Shown piece by piece: positions 54,563-62,586 of a stretch of 64,000 nt of DNA. The stretch lies in assembly GCA_017483305.1 (NCBI GenBank), contig JAFULC010000009.1, positions 7,337 through 71,336 on the forward strand, given 5' to 3'. The translations under genes were made by a program, and so were the position numbers. Below the pieces are notes generated by a model. That model was not told the origin of the DNA and searched no databases. It saw nothing but the letters and a program-made list of their open reading frames with translations. The DNA is from Clostridia bacterium. Its GTDB lineage: Bacteria > Bacillota > Clostridia > Oscillospirales > CAG-272. Positions within the stretch are counted from its first letter, which is position 1. Every line of letters starts with the position of its first letter.

Positions 54563-55678
54563 ATGGCTTTTGAAAACGTAAAGAAGAATTTTGGATTCGG
54601 CTGTATGCGCCTGCCCATGAACGGCGATGAGGTCGATTACGCCGAGTTTACCCGTATGGTAGACACCTTTATTGAAAACGGATTTAACTATTTCGACACC
54701 GCGCACGGCTATCTCCGCGGAGCAAGTGAGATCGCGCTCGAAAAATGCCTCACCTCCCGCTATCCCAGAGATAGCTATATCCTCACCAATAAGCTCTCGG
54801 TCAACTATTTCGACTCGAATGAGGAAATAAGACCCCTCTTCGAAGAGCAGCTCAAAATATGCGGCGTCGACTATTTTGACTTCTATCTTATGCACGCGCA
54901 GAACCGCGGCTCTTATGAAAAATACAAGAGATGCCGCGCGTATGAGACCGCATTTGAGCTTAAGGCAGAGGGCAAGGTCAAGCACGTAGGACTTTCCTTC
55001 CACGATACCGCCGACGTTCTCGATCAGATCCTCACCGAATACCCTGAGCTCGAGGTCGTGCAGATACAGTTCAATTACCTCGACTACGACGATGCCGCAG
55101 TGCAGTCTCGCCTCTGCCTCGAGGTCTGTCGCAAGCACGGCAAGCCCGTCATAGTTATGGAGCCCGTAAAGGGCGGTAGCCTCGTCAATCTCCCCGACGA
55201 TGCAAAGGCAGTGCTCGATGCACTCGAGGGTGGCAGCTATGCAAGCTACGCGATCAGATTTGCCGCAAGCTTCGACGGAATTAAAATGGTTCTTTCGGGC
55301 ATGGGCGATATGAATATGATGAACGACAACCTCAGCTACATGAAGGATTTCAAGCCCCTCGACGAGCGTGAGCGCAAAGCCATCGACAAGGTCTGCGCAA
55401 TCCTCCGCGGCAAAGGACTTATCGCCTGCACAGGATGTAGCTACTGCACCGAGGGTTGCCCCAAGCAGATCCCGATACCCAACCTTTTCGCGTGTATGAA
55501 CGACAAAAAGATCTGGCAGAACTGGAACTCCGATTATTATTACGGCATACATACCAAAGACAAGGGCAAGGCAAGTGACTGCATCGGCTGCGGTAAGTGC
55601 GAAAGGATCTGCCCCCAGGGTCTCCCCATTAGAGAACTTCTGAAGCAGGTCGCCGAGGAGTTTGAGAAGAAAGAATAA
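54563..55678 (+). CDS. Aldo/keto reductase with C-terminal 4Fe-4S ferredoxin-type cluster motifs
   Basis: FGFGCMRLP...FDTAHGY AKR N-terminus. The C-terminus has CTGCSYCTEGCP and CIGCGKCERICP. Confidence 0.85.
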   Translation: MAFENVKKNFGFGCMRLPMNGDEVDYAEFTRMVDTFIENGFNYFDTAHGYLRGASEIALEKCLTSRYPRDSYILTNKLSVNYFDSNEEIRPLFEEQLKICGVDYFDFYLMHAQNRGSYEKYKRCRAYETAFELKAEGKVKHVGLSFHDTADVLDQILTEYPELEVVQIQFNYLDYDDAAVQSRLCLEVCRKHGKPVIVMEPVKGGSLVNLPDDAKAVLDALEGGSYASYAIRFAASFDGIKMVLSGMGDMNMMNDNLSYMKDFKPLDERERKAIDKVCAILRGKGLIACTGCSYCTEGCPKQIPIPNLFACMNDKKIWQNWNSDYYYGIHTKDKGKASDCIGCGKCERICPQGLPIRELLKQVAEEFEKKE

Positions 55679-55730
55679 ACCGCTTGACATTATGTCTGAA
55701 AATCAACGGTAAAACGCAATCAAATAACGA

Positions 55731-55775
55731 AAGGCGGGATCCATTTTGCTTGTAAATGAAATCCCGCCTTTTTTA
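55731..55775 (+). terminator. Rho-independent terminator
   Basis: ggcgggat...atcccgcc stem followed by tttttt. Confidence 0.65.
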
Positions 55776-55804
55776 AAATTTTTTTATTATCTTTTGTTTT
55801 TATC

Positions 55805-55835
55805 TTGACATTGACGCCGCGTCAAGTGATATGAT
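55805..55835 (+). promoter_or_regulatory. MerR-type promoter: TTGACA - 19 nt spacer containing dyad TTGACG-ccg-CGTCAA - TATGAT
   Basis: -35 at 55805-55810, dyad at 55811-55825, -10 at 55830-55835. Lies directly upstream of a MerR-family gene. Confidence 0.5.
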
Positions 55836-55852
55836 ATAGAGGGGGTGAGTAA

Positions 55853-56554
55853 ATGAACCAAAACCGTCTTTACGATATAACAGAGGTGTGCACTATGCTT
55901 GGAACAACCTCAAGAACGCTTCGTTTTTACGAGGAAAAAGGCCTTATACAAAGCACGACGGAGGGAATTTCTTCTCGCCGTAAGTACACAGACGATCAAT
56001 TATTTCATATTAAAAATGTTTTGATACTCCGAGCTCTTGGATTATCTATCAGGTCAATTGTGGAATTGCAAAACCAAGAAACAGATCTAAAAAATGCAGT
56101 TTTATCAAAGCGCGCAGAAATATATGCACACATTGATTCCCGCATCCAAGAAATTAATCTTATCAATGAAGCTCTTTCCGCAATAGAGTCCGGCAAAGAT
56201 ATATTCAATCACGATTGGCAGCACTCGCCTGAAGTTAAATCTAATGAGAAAGAAATTGCAAGGATCTGCACTGATGCAATTCTTCTCAATGATAGCGATA
56301 CACTTTACCGTTATTTGAGTCCGAGGTTAGCGGAATATATGCCTAAAGACGTTTTTACCACTGTCAGAAAAGACACCATGTTCCCTCTTGGTTCATTCGT
56401 TGAGATCGATAAAACAGTAATTGATGAAAAATATAAAAATCAAATATTTTATTTCATTAAATTCTCAAAATTGGGGCTAAAAATAACCTTTGTCTTTCAC
56501 GGTGGACAAATTGACGGCCTTTGGCTCGGCTATTATGATATTAAAACGAGGTGA
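55853..56554 (+). CDS. MerR-family transcriptional regulator with uncharacterised C-terminal domain
   Basis: YDITEVCTMLGTTSRTLRFYEEKGLI HTH, followed by a coiled-coil and a ~110-aa C-terminal domain. Confidence 0.85.
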   Translation: MNQNRLYDITEVCTMLGTTSRTLRFYEEKGLIQSTTEGISSRRKYTDDQLFHIKNVLILRALGLSIRSIVELQNQETDLKNAVLSKRAEIYAHIDSRIQEINLINEALSAIESGKDIFNHDWQHSPEVKSNEKEIARICTDAILLNDSDTLYRYLSPRLAEYMPKDVFTTVRKDTMFPLGSFVEIDKTVIDEKYKNQIFYFIKFSKLGLKITFVFHGGQIDGLWLGYYDIKTR

Positions 56555-56559
56555 TCAAA

Positions 56560-56889
56560 ATGAAAAAGAAAATTTTTCTCATAGCTGTTCTGATATGCAT
56601 AATGATTCTTTCGTTAACCTCGTGCCAGGTGAATTGGTTTGATCGCCATTACGACGTTCCTTGGTGGATGATCGCCATTCCCGTAGTTATATTTTCTTTA
56701 ATCGTCTGGATCGTTGCAGGCAAATGTATCGCGTCCAAAAAATATATCTGCCCTAAATGTAATAAAACATTCTATCCAGAGTGGTGGTCGGCGGCAGTGT
56801 CTATTCACATCAATAATAACCGCGTTTTCAAATGCCCTAATTGCAAAACAAAAAGTTTTTGTCGCATTTCAAAAGAAACGGAGGAGTAA
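56560..56889 (+). CDS. Small lipoprotein/membrane protein with CxxC...CxxC zinc-ribbon
   Basis: ATG 56560 (GAGGTGA SD) is preferred over GTG 56551. MKKKIFLIAVLICIMILSLTSC lipobox, one further TM, then CPKC...CPNC. Confidence 0.55.
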   Translation: MKKKIFLIAVLICIMILSLTSCQVNWFDRHYDVPWWMIAIPVVIFSLIVWIVAGKCIASKKYICPKCNKTFYPEWWSAAVSIHINNNRVFKCPNCKTKSFCRISKETEE

Positions 56890-56891
56890 CT

Positions 56892-57338
56892 ATGCTTATA
56901 TACTATTGCATAGCAATTATTGCAAACATTGTTGCCGCATTTGTTTTCCATAAAAGTATAAATATTACCGTGTTATCAATTATACCCCTGTTCTTGATTG
57001 CATTGATGATTTTTCAAGCAAAATATTTCAAAAGCGAGAAGGTAGAAAATAGCTCCAGAACAGCATACGGCTCGAATCTGACCTCTGACGAGGAAAACGA
57101 TCTGCTTGACAGCGGTTCAAAATTTCTCTTTGCAACAATTCCGTGGATGATTCCATTCGTTATTTTCTTTCCGTCATTTGTGAAAGCACTTTCGATTTTG
57201 GTTTACATTGTTGGTTTGGTCGTTGGACTTCTCATATATCGAATCAAACATAAAGGAAAAATAAACGGTCGTATGTGTTCTGAAGACCAAGAGCGTAAAG
57301 ATCAAGAGAAAAAAGAAGAACTTGGCAAATGGAAATAA
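56892..57338 (+). CDS. Small multi-TM membrane protein, unknown function
   Basis: ATG 56892 with a GGAGGAG SD, 3 nt after the previous stop. About 4 TM helices and a charged C-terminal tail. Confidence 0.55.
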   Translation: MLIYYCIAIIANIVAAFVFHKSINITVLSIIPLFLIALMIFQAKYFKSEKVENSSRTAYGSNLTSDEENDLLDSGSKFLFATIPWMIPFVIFFPSFVKALSILVYIVGLVVGLLIYRIKHKGKINGRMCSEDQERKDQEKKEELGKWK

Positions 57339-57363
57339 AGATAAAAAAACGCATCAACAAAAC

Positions 57364-57486
57364 AAAAGCCTTCCCCAGTGGGGGAAGGTGGCACGCGAAG
57401 CGTGACGGATGAGGTGTTTTTACACTTAAACTTACTCCTCATCCACCACTATCGTGGTCCCCCTTCTCCCACAGGAGAAGGCTTTT
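57364..57486. repeat. Inverted pair of ~50-bp GC-rich repeat units between convergent genes
   Basis: The left unit (57364-57413) and the reverse complement of the right unit (57437-57486) align at roughly 75%. Each unit contains its own hairpin (ccttcccc-agtg-ggggaagg; ccttctcc-caca-ggagaagg). Confidence 0.65.
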
Positions 57487-57544
57487 ATATCTCTCTTTGG
57501 TTTAAAATTTAATGTTCATTTTTCTCTCAACATTAAATCCAAAA

Positions 57545-58834
57545 TCAAACAGTTTCCTTCCTCACCGACCGCTTCTCTGCCCTTACGATCTTATAAAGCT
57601 CCTCTGCGGCAAGACGCGTCTTCGCAACCACGTCACCGCAATCCTTCGGGAAGCAGTAATAAAGCATCTTCTTGTCGCCAATGCAGATTATATCGCCAAG
57701 CTTGTACCAATAATAATCGGCATATAAGCTGTACGACGAAAGCGGCGACTGAACATAATCAAGCTCACCGTCACATCCGACCAGGTGGAATCCCTCGCGG
57801 TTGTGCGTAAGTCTGCCCTCTCCAACCGAATAAATGCAATCGGTATCCACCATAGCGTAAATATCCACCGCTACGTCAAGCGAATAAGTGCCGTCCTCGA
57901 GCTCGCGTCTTACGTTCTCGCGCTCCCAGGCGTACCAATCGGGAATGTGATCGAATTCAGTCTCGCCCTCAATAGCGCGCATAAATCCGTCCTCGGTAAG
58001 CTCGTATTGCTTGCCGCAGGCGTGGCAGGTCAAGGTAGTTCCCTTGCCCTCGGTCTGACCCTCGGCAAGGCAGTGAGGACACTTGTAAAGCACACGGTTG
58101 AGATGATCCGCGCGGAAATCCTCGTCTATCTTAACACCCTTTTGCTGCTGCGAGCGGAAGTTGTCAAACAAGAACTTTTCGCGCAACAGCTCGTTGATCT
58201 GACATGGCGTCATTTCCTTTATCTGCTCGGGAGACAAAAGATACTCGACCTGTGCCGTCACCTGAGTTTTGCGAAGCTGAAGATTATTGTAAAGCGGATC
58301 GCGCAAAAAAGCGCCGTCTGTCCTGATAGTCACCACGGGAAGACCAAACATCTTCACGCACCGTCCAAGACTCTCGGGCAGAGGCGTAGCAGTGCCGTCA
58401 AAGCTGTAGCTCGCCTCGGGGTACATAAGTATTGACGAATTGTATCGCTTCACGGCATAGAGCATATCGTGAAGCAGAGACACCTCGCTGACAAATTTCT
58501 TCGTAGGTATACAGCCGATCTGTCTCATAAGCCAATTCTTGCCTATAAAGCCGTCGGAGGTGCAAACGATATTATATTTTCTCGGGTAAAGTATCCTCGA
58601 GGCTATCTTCAGATCGATAAAGCTCGAGTGATTCATCAGAATAAAGCAGGGCTCCTTTTTTGAGAGCTTCTCCATTCCGACAGAGGTATATTTGAATTTT
58701 GTCGCAACAAGATCGGGGATCGAGAGCGTGCGAATAAGCGTGCGGAAGAAAAAGCTCGGTCTGCTCGGCTTTTTTTGCTTCTTTTCGGGCTTTTCCAAAA
58801 GCTCCTTGTAACTGACACCGTATTTTATCTTCAT
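57545..58834 (-). CDS. Lysophospholipid/1-acyl-sn-glycerol-3-phosphate acyltransferase-family protein with C-terminal extension
   Basis: The NHSSFIDL (H-x4-D) acyltransferase motif sits near the N-terminus, and a CPHC...CHAC ribbon sits mid-protein. SD is GGGAGAG. Confidence 0.7.
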   Translation of the reverse strand: MKIKYGVSYKELLEKPEKKQKKPSRPSFFFRTLIRTLSIPDLVATKFKYTSVGMEKLSKKEPCFILMNHSSFIDLKIASRILYPRKYNIVCTSDGFIGKNWLMRQIGCIPTKKFVSEVSLLHDMLYAVKRYNSSILMYPEASYSFDGTATPLPESLGRCVKMFGLPVVTIRTDGAFLRDPLYNNLQLRKTQVTAQVEYLLSPEQIKEMTPCQINELLREKFLFDNFRSQQQKGVKIDEDFRADHLNRVLYKCPHCLAEGQTEGKGTTLTCHACGKQYELTEDGFMRAIEGETEFDHIPDWYAWERENVRRELEDGTYSLDVAVDIYAMVDTDCIYSVGEGRLTHNREGFHLVGCDGELDYVQSPLSSYSLYADYYWYKLGDIICIGDKKMLYYCFPKDCGDVVAKTRLAAEELYKIVRAEKRSVRKETV

Positions 58835-58954
58835 AAGATACTCTCCCGTAAAAAAACTTCACAATATTAACTGAATTTTAACTTTATATATATTTTACCA
58901 CCGTGCAGGGCAAATGTCAATATACAAAAAATCGAAAAATCCCCCGATTGACTA

Positions 58955-58983
58955 TTGACTAACAAAAAATATTATGTTACAAT
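58955..58983 (+). promoter_or_regulatory. Near-consensus promoter of the ThyX-like gene
   Basis: TTGACT - 17 nt - TACAAT, with a TGt extended -10. Confidence 0.55.
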
Positions 58984-58989
58984 TAATCA

Positions 58990-59183
58990 GATGATATCAA
59001 ATCTTGTCAAAAAGGAGCCCAGCGTGAAAATTGCTTTCATTTAAACGTGGGGCGAACTGTTTCACGCATGAATTTCGCCGATGGCAAAATTCATCGACTA
59101 TTATTTATGCCGCCACGGGGTTCCCCGAAGCGAATTAAGTGAGCTTTGGGGGTTTCCGTCTGCGGCGGAATGGAGATTAATAT
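58990..59183 (+). promoter_or_regulatory. ~190-nt structured 5' leader with 6-codon uORF (candidate attenuator/riboswitch, class unknown)
   Basis: uORF: AAAGGAG - 6 nt - GTG AAA ATT GCT TTC ATT TAA (59024-59044). Stems: gcgtgaaa/tttcacgc (59022-29/59060-67), atgaattt/aaattcat (59068-75/59087-94), and ccgcc..acgg/ccgt..ggcgg (59110-18/59156-68). Confidence 0.3.
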
Positions 59184-59729
59184 ATGGATTTCACCGTTGA
59201 ACTTTTAAAATACCCCACCGAAGAGGATTGGATGCTGTGTAAGCTCTGCACTCTCAACACCGTTGGCAAGACCAGCACGAAGCTTCCCACAGAGGAATGG
59301 AGAAAAAAGCTCCTTCTGAGTGAGCATAGCCCGATAAGAACTCTCAATTTCTGCATCAAAATGGTAATTCCCTACTACGTTTCGGTCCATTTTTGCCGCC
59401 ATTTCATCGGAGTAACCCACTTCGTGCAGAGCCAGAGAAACGACCGTCAGGAAAACTACGACCGCACCAAAGCGCCGCAGGATTCCCCCGTTTCTCACAT
59501 GATGTACATAAACGCGCAGGAGCTTATGTTTATGGCTCGCCGCCGTCTGTGCATGCAGGCAGACCCCGCGACCCGTAAGGTAATGAATGAGATAAAGAGA
59601 ATAGTTGAAGAACAGTGCCCCGAATTTATCGGCACTCTCGAGCCTATGTGCTCGTATCGCGGAGGCAGATGCACCGAATTCACCTCTTGCGGACTTAACA
59701 AGCAGTTTCTGACAGGCAAGGAAGACTAA
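59184..59729 (+). CDS. Divergent ThyX (Thy1)-fold protein, 181 aa
   Basis: Aligns to ThyX landmarks (EHSPIRTLNFCIKMVIPYYVSVHFCRHFIGVTHFVQSQR; INAQELMFMARRRL...CPEF). However, the RHR motif reads RHF and the protein is shorter than canonical ThyX. Confidence 0.55.
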   Translation: MDFTVELLKYPTEEDWMLCKLCTLNTVGKTSTKLPTEEWRKKLLLSEHSPIRTLNFCIKMVIPYYVSVHFCRHFIGVTHFVQSQRNDRQENYDRTKAPQDSPVSHMMYINAQELMFMARRRLCMQADPATRKVMNEIKRIVEEQCPEFIGTLEPMCSYRGGRCTEFTSCGLNKQFLTGKED

Positions 59730-59744
59730 AATAAGATAAAGAAA

Positions 59745-59766
59745 CGGCAACGCACTCGCGTTGCCG
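59745..59766. terminator. Shared hairpin terminator between convergent genes
   Basis: cggcaacgc-actc-gcgttgccg is a perfect 9-bp stem with T-rich runs on both strands. Confidence 0.6.
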
Positions 59767-59771
59767 CTTCT

Positions 59772-61073
59772 TTATCTCCGCTTCAGATCCTTATTCGCAG
59801 GATTATTGATCACCCTGCCATTCTCATCAAATCGCGAGCCGTGACAAGCACAATCCCAACTCTTTTCGGCACTGTTCCACTTAAGCGCACACCCAAGATG
59901 AGAGCACCGTGGCGCCGTCGGGCGAAGAATATTAGTCAATGTCTCAAAAGCATTTACAAAAAGCTGACCGTGCAAAATACTTCTCGAAGGATTCAGCACT
60001 TCACAAAGCTCGTTTTTCTCACCGCATATCATGTCGCAAAGCAGCGTTGCCGCCATCATAGAACCAACCATTCCCCACTTGTTAAAGCCAGTAGCCACGT
60101 AAAGATGGGGCGCGCTTTCCGAATACCGCCCAACGTAAGGGATCCCGTCAAGCGTCATGCAGTCCTGCGTTGCCCACGCGAATTTTTCTCTCGCATCGGG
60201 ATAATTATCTCTCGCAAAATCTCGCAAGCAGGCGTATCCTCCGCCGCGCTTTCCCGTTCTATGACCTCCTCCCCCCAACAGCAAAAGATTCTCATAGCCT
60301 CTAAATGACAACCCATCTCCGCTTTCGTCAACGTACATTCCGTCGAGCTTCCCTGCTCCCTCTAGTGCAGTCACGTAAGAGCGATGCTGATACATTTTTA
60401 GAAAAAAGCCACCGTATCGGTCAATAAACGGAAAGTGCGACGCCATAATGATTATCTCTGCATCAATGTAATATTTGTCGGTAAAAGCGCGCGATCCTTC
60501 CACGTCTATAACCTGCGTATGCTCGTAAATATTAAGATCCTTTGCGATCTCCGAGATAAACTTCAAGGGATGAAACTGCGCCTGATCATGACATCTCACC
60601 GCACCGACAGTATCTATAGGCAAAGGTAATTTTTCGCAAAGATCGGCATCAAATCCAAGCCTTTCAAGCGCCAACACCTCATTCTCAAGCTTTTGCCGAT
60701 CGTCAAGAGAATAAACGTAATTATCCCTTGCCTCGTAATCGCAATCTATATTCTGACAAAGCTCCTCGTATTTGTTCAACGCCGTCACGCATCCGCGCAG
60801 ATATGAAGCCGCAACATCGACCCCGTATTTCTTAATTATTTTACTGTAAATCAATCCGTGCGACAGGGTCAGCTTTGCCGTGGTATATCCCGTCACACCG
60901 CTGCAAATGCGATCCTTTTCAACCAGAATGTAAGGAATATTTCTCTCTTTCAAAAAATATGCCGTCAATATACCCGACATACCGCCGCCGACGATCAGAA
61001 CGTCGGTCTTTTTATTTTCATTAAGCGACGAAAAAACGGGCAGCTCTGATCCGTCATACCAAAGTGAACTCAT
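59772..61073 (-). CDS. FAD-dependent oxidoreductase fused to a C-terminal Rieske [2Fe-2S] domain
   Basis: DVLIVGGGMSGILTAYFL dinucleotide-binding motif. C-terminal CSHLGCAL...CACHGSRF Rieske motif. ATG 61073 (GAGAGG SD) is preferred over TTG 61088. Confidence 0.8.
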   Translation of the reverse strand: MSSLWYDGSELPVFSSLNENKKTDVLIVGGGMSGILTAYFLKERNIPYILVEKDRICSGVTGYTTAKLTLSHGLIYSKIIKKYGVDVAASYLRGCVTALNKYEELCQNIDCDYEARDNYVYSLDDRQKLENEVLALERLGFDADLCEKLPLPIDTVGAVRCHDQAQFHPLKFISEIAKDLNIYEHTQVIDVEGSRAFTDKYYIDAEIIIMASHFPFIDRYGGFFLKMYQHRSYVTALEGAGKLDGMYVDESGDGLSFRGYENLLLLGGGGHRTGKRGGGYACLRDFARDNYPDAREKFAWATQDCMTLDGIPYVGRYSESAPHLYVATGFNKWGMVGSMMAATLLCDMICGEKNELCEVLNPSRSILHGQLFVNAFETLTNILRPTAPRCSHLGCALKWNSAEKSWDCACHGSRFDENGRVINNPANKDLKRR

Positions 61074-61183
61074 AAAATAACCTCTCAAAATCTATTTTAA
61101 GAATTATTTTCTCACAAATTCAACTTTTAATACAAAATCAAAGCTGCCCTGCATTTTTTATTAACAAAAAGAGAAACCAATCG

Positions 61184-62458
61184 TCAGCATCCCGTCATGA
61201 TCTCAATGATCTTTCGGTCTGTTTCCTTCATTCCGTCGTGACCGAGAATCGAAATATTTCGGATCGTATTTTCAACGCCCTTGCTCACAAGACCGTCGCC
61301 ACCGTAGAATTGACAGCCCTCCGAGAACATCTCAAAGCCCATAATACCGGCATCGACCGCCATAGCGATCTTTGCCGCACAGCTCGCCTTCGCGCCGTCG
61401 CAAACGATACCGCTCGAGATAGCCAAAGCATTGACGAGAGTATGATTTATCGCGCGAAGATCACGCGTAAGCAAATATGCAATTCCCGCCCCTGCTCCTG
61501 CTCCCGCGCTGACCGCGCCGCAGTATGCAGACAATCTGCCTATTCCGCTCTTGAGATGCAGCGTGACAAGATTCGATAAGGTCAAAGCGCGCAACAGCTC
61601 CTCGCGGCTCTTTTCGTGATATTCCGCATAAGCGATAACGGGCAAGCTCGCCGTCATTCCCTGATTACCGCTTCCCGAGTTAATAACGACGGGCATATCG
61701 CAGCCGCTCATTCTCGCATCCGAGCCTGCCGCCGCGTAAGCCTTTGCTCGAGTGCGGATACTGTCGTCGCGCTTCATAAGAAGCTGACCGATCCGCGCCC
61801 CGTAATTATTCGTCAAGCCCTCGCGGGATATAGCGGTATTGTAATCTATCTGCCGCTGCAGAATAGCCTCCACGTCGGCGATATCAACAGTCTCGGCAAA
61901 ATCGAAAATATCTGACACACTAAGCAGACTGTGATCGGGCTTCGCCTCATCCTCACAAGCCTTTTCTCTTTCGAAGAACACACACTTGCCATTGTCAATT
62001 ATCTGTGTGATATTGGTGTGCTCGTCCTCAATGTGCACAGACACCGAGCACTCTCCCTTAGTGACCGTTATGACAAGATCGAGCAGGTGTGTAGTATCAA
62101 GCGGCGAGACCTTGATTTCAAAGTCCTTCATTCTCTCGGCAAGAGAGAGCTCCTGCTCTGCCGTCACCGAGGAGATCACCTCAAGCTGCTTGTCCGCGTC
62201 ACCGAACAAAATGCCTACCGCCGCCGCGGCTTCAAGACCGCGCAAGCCGTTTGTGTGCGGCACGATAACGCTTTTCACGTTTTTGATAATGTTGCCGCTC
62301 GCCTGAATATGCACGTGCTCGGGCAAACCTCCCAAGACCTCCCGCGCTTTAGCCGCACAAAAAGCGACCGCGATCGGCTCAGTGCAGCCCATAGCTGGCA
62401 CAAGCTCACATCTCATTATTTCAACGTAGGTTTTATATATTTTTGACTCTTTTTTCAT
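61184..62458 (-). CDS. UPF0597/YhaM-type L-cysteine desulfidase (serine dehydratase alpha-like) family protein
   Basis: The MGCTEPIAVAFCAAKA N-terminal motif and glycine-rich GSGNQG / AGAGAGAG segments are typical of the family. Confidence 0.75.
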   Translation of the reverse strand: MKKESKIYKTYVEIMRCELVPAMGCTEPIAVAFCAAKAREVLGGLPEHVHIQASGNIIKNVKSVIVPHTNGLRGLEAAAAVGILFGDADKQLEVISSVTAEQELSLAERMKDFEIKVSPLDTTHLLDLVITVTKGECSVSVHIEDEHTNITQIIDNGKCVFFEREKACEDEAKPDHSLLSVSDIFDFAETVDIADVEAILQRQIDYNTAISREGLTNNYGARIGQLLMKRDDSIRTRAKAYAAAGSDARMSGCDMPVVINSGSGNQGMTASLPVIAYAEYHEKSREELLRALTLSNLVTLHLKSGIGRLSAYCGAVSAGAGAGAGIAYLLTRDLRAINHTLVNALAISSGIVCDGAKASCAAKIAMAVDAGIMGFEMFSEGCQFYGGDGLVSKGVENTIRNISILGHDGMKETDRKIIEIMTGC

Positions 62459-62490
62459 ACAAACCGTCTGCCTTTACGTATTATGACATC

Positions 62491-62519
62491 ATTATACTAA
62501 AATTTTCAGAAATTGTCAA
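62491..62519 (-). promoter_or_regulatory. Consensus promoter of the YhaM-like gene
   Basis: Minus strand: TTGACA - 17 nt - TATAAT. Confidence 0.6.
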
Positions 62520-62549
62520 GAAAAAGAGCCTCCTTAAATCATAAAAAGA

Positions 62550-62584
62550 CAAAAAATCGGCGCATATCGCGCCGATTTTTTTTA
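62550..62584. terminator. Intrinsic (bidirectional-looking) terminator after guaB
   Basis: aaaaaatcggcgc-atatc-gcgccgatttttttt. Confidence 0.75.
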
Positions 62585-62586
62585 TA

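Noticed and set aside
57364-57486. Interpreting the inverted repeat pair as a bona fide MITE or IS remnant.
   Set aside because: There is no transposase fragment, no identifiable target-site duplication, and only one locus visible in this window. It is kept as a repeat or terminator-like element only.
58990-59183. Assigning the ThyX-like leader to a known riboswitch class (ZTP/pfl, THF-I/II).
   Set aside because: Short resemblances (ggggcgaac; ccgccacgggg) are not collinear with the conserved ZTP or THF architectures as I remember them. Without a covariance-model scan, a class assignment would be invention.
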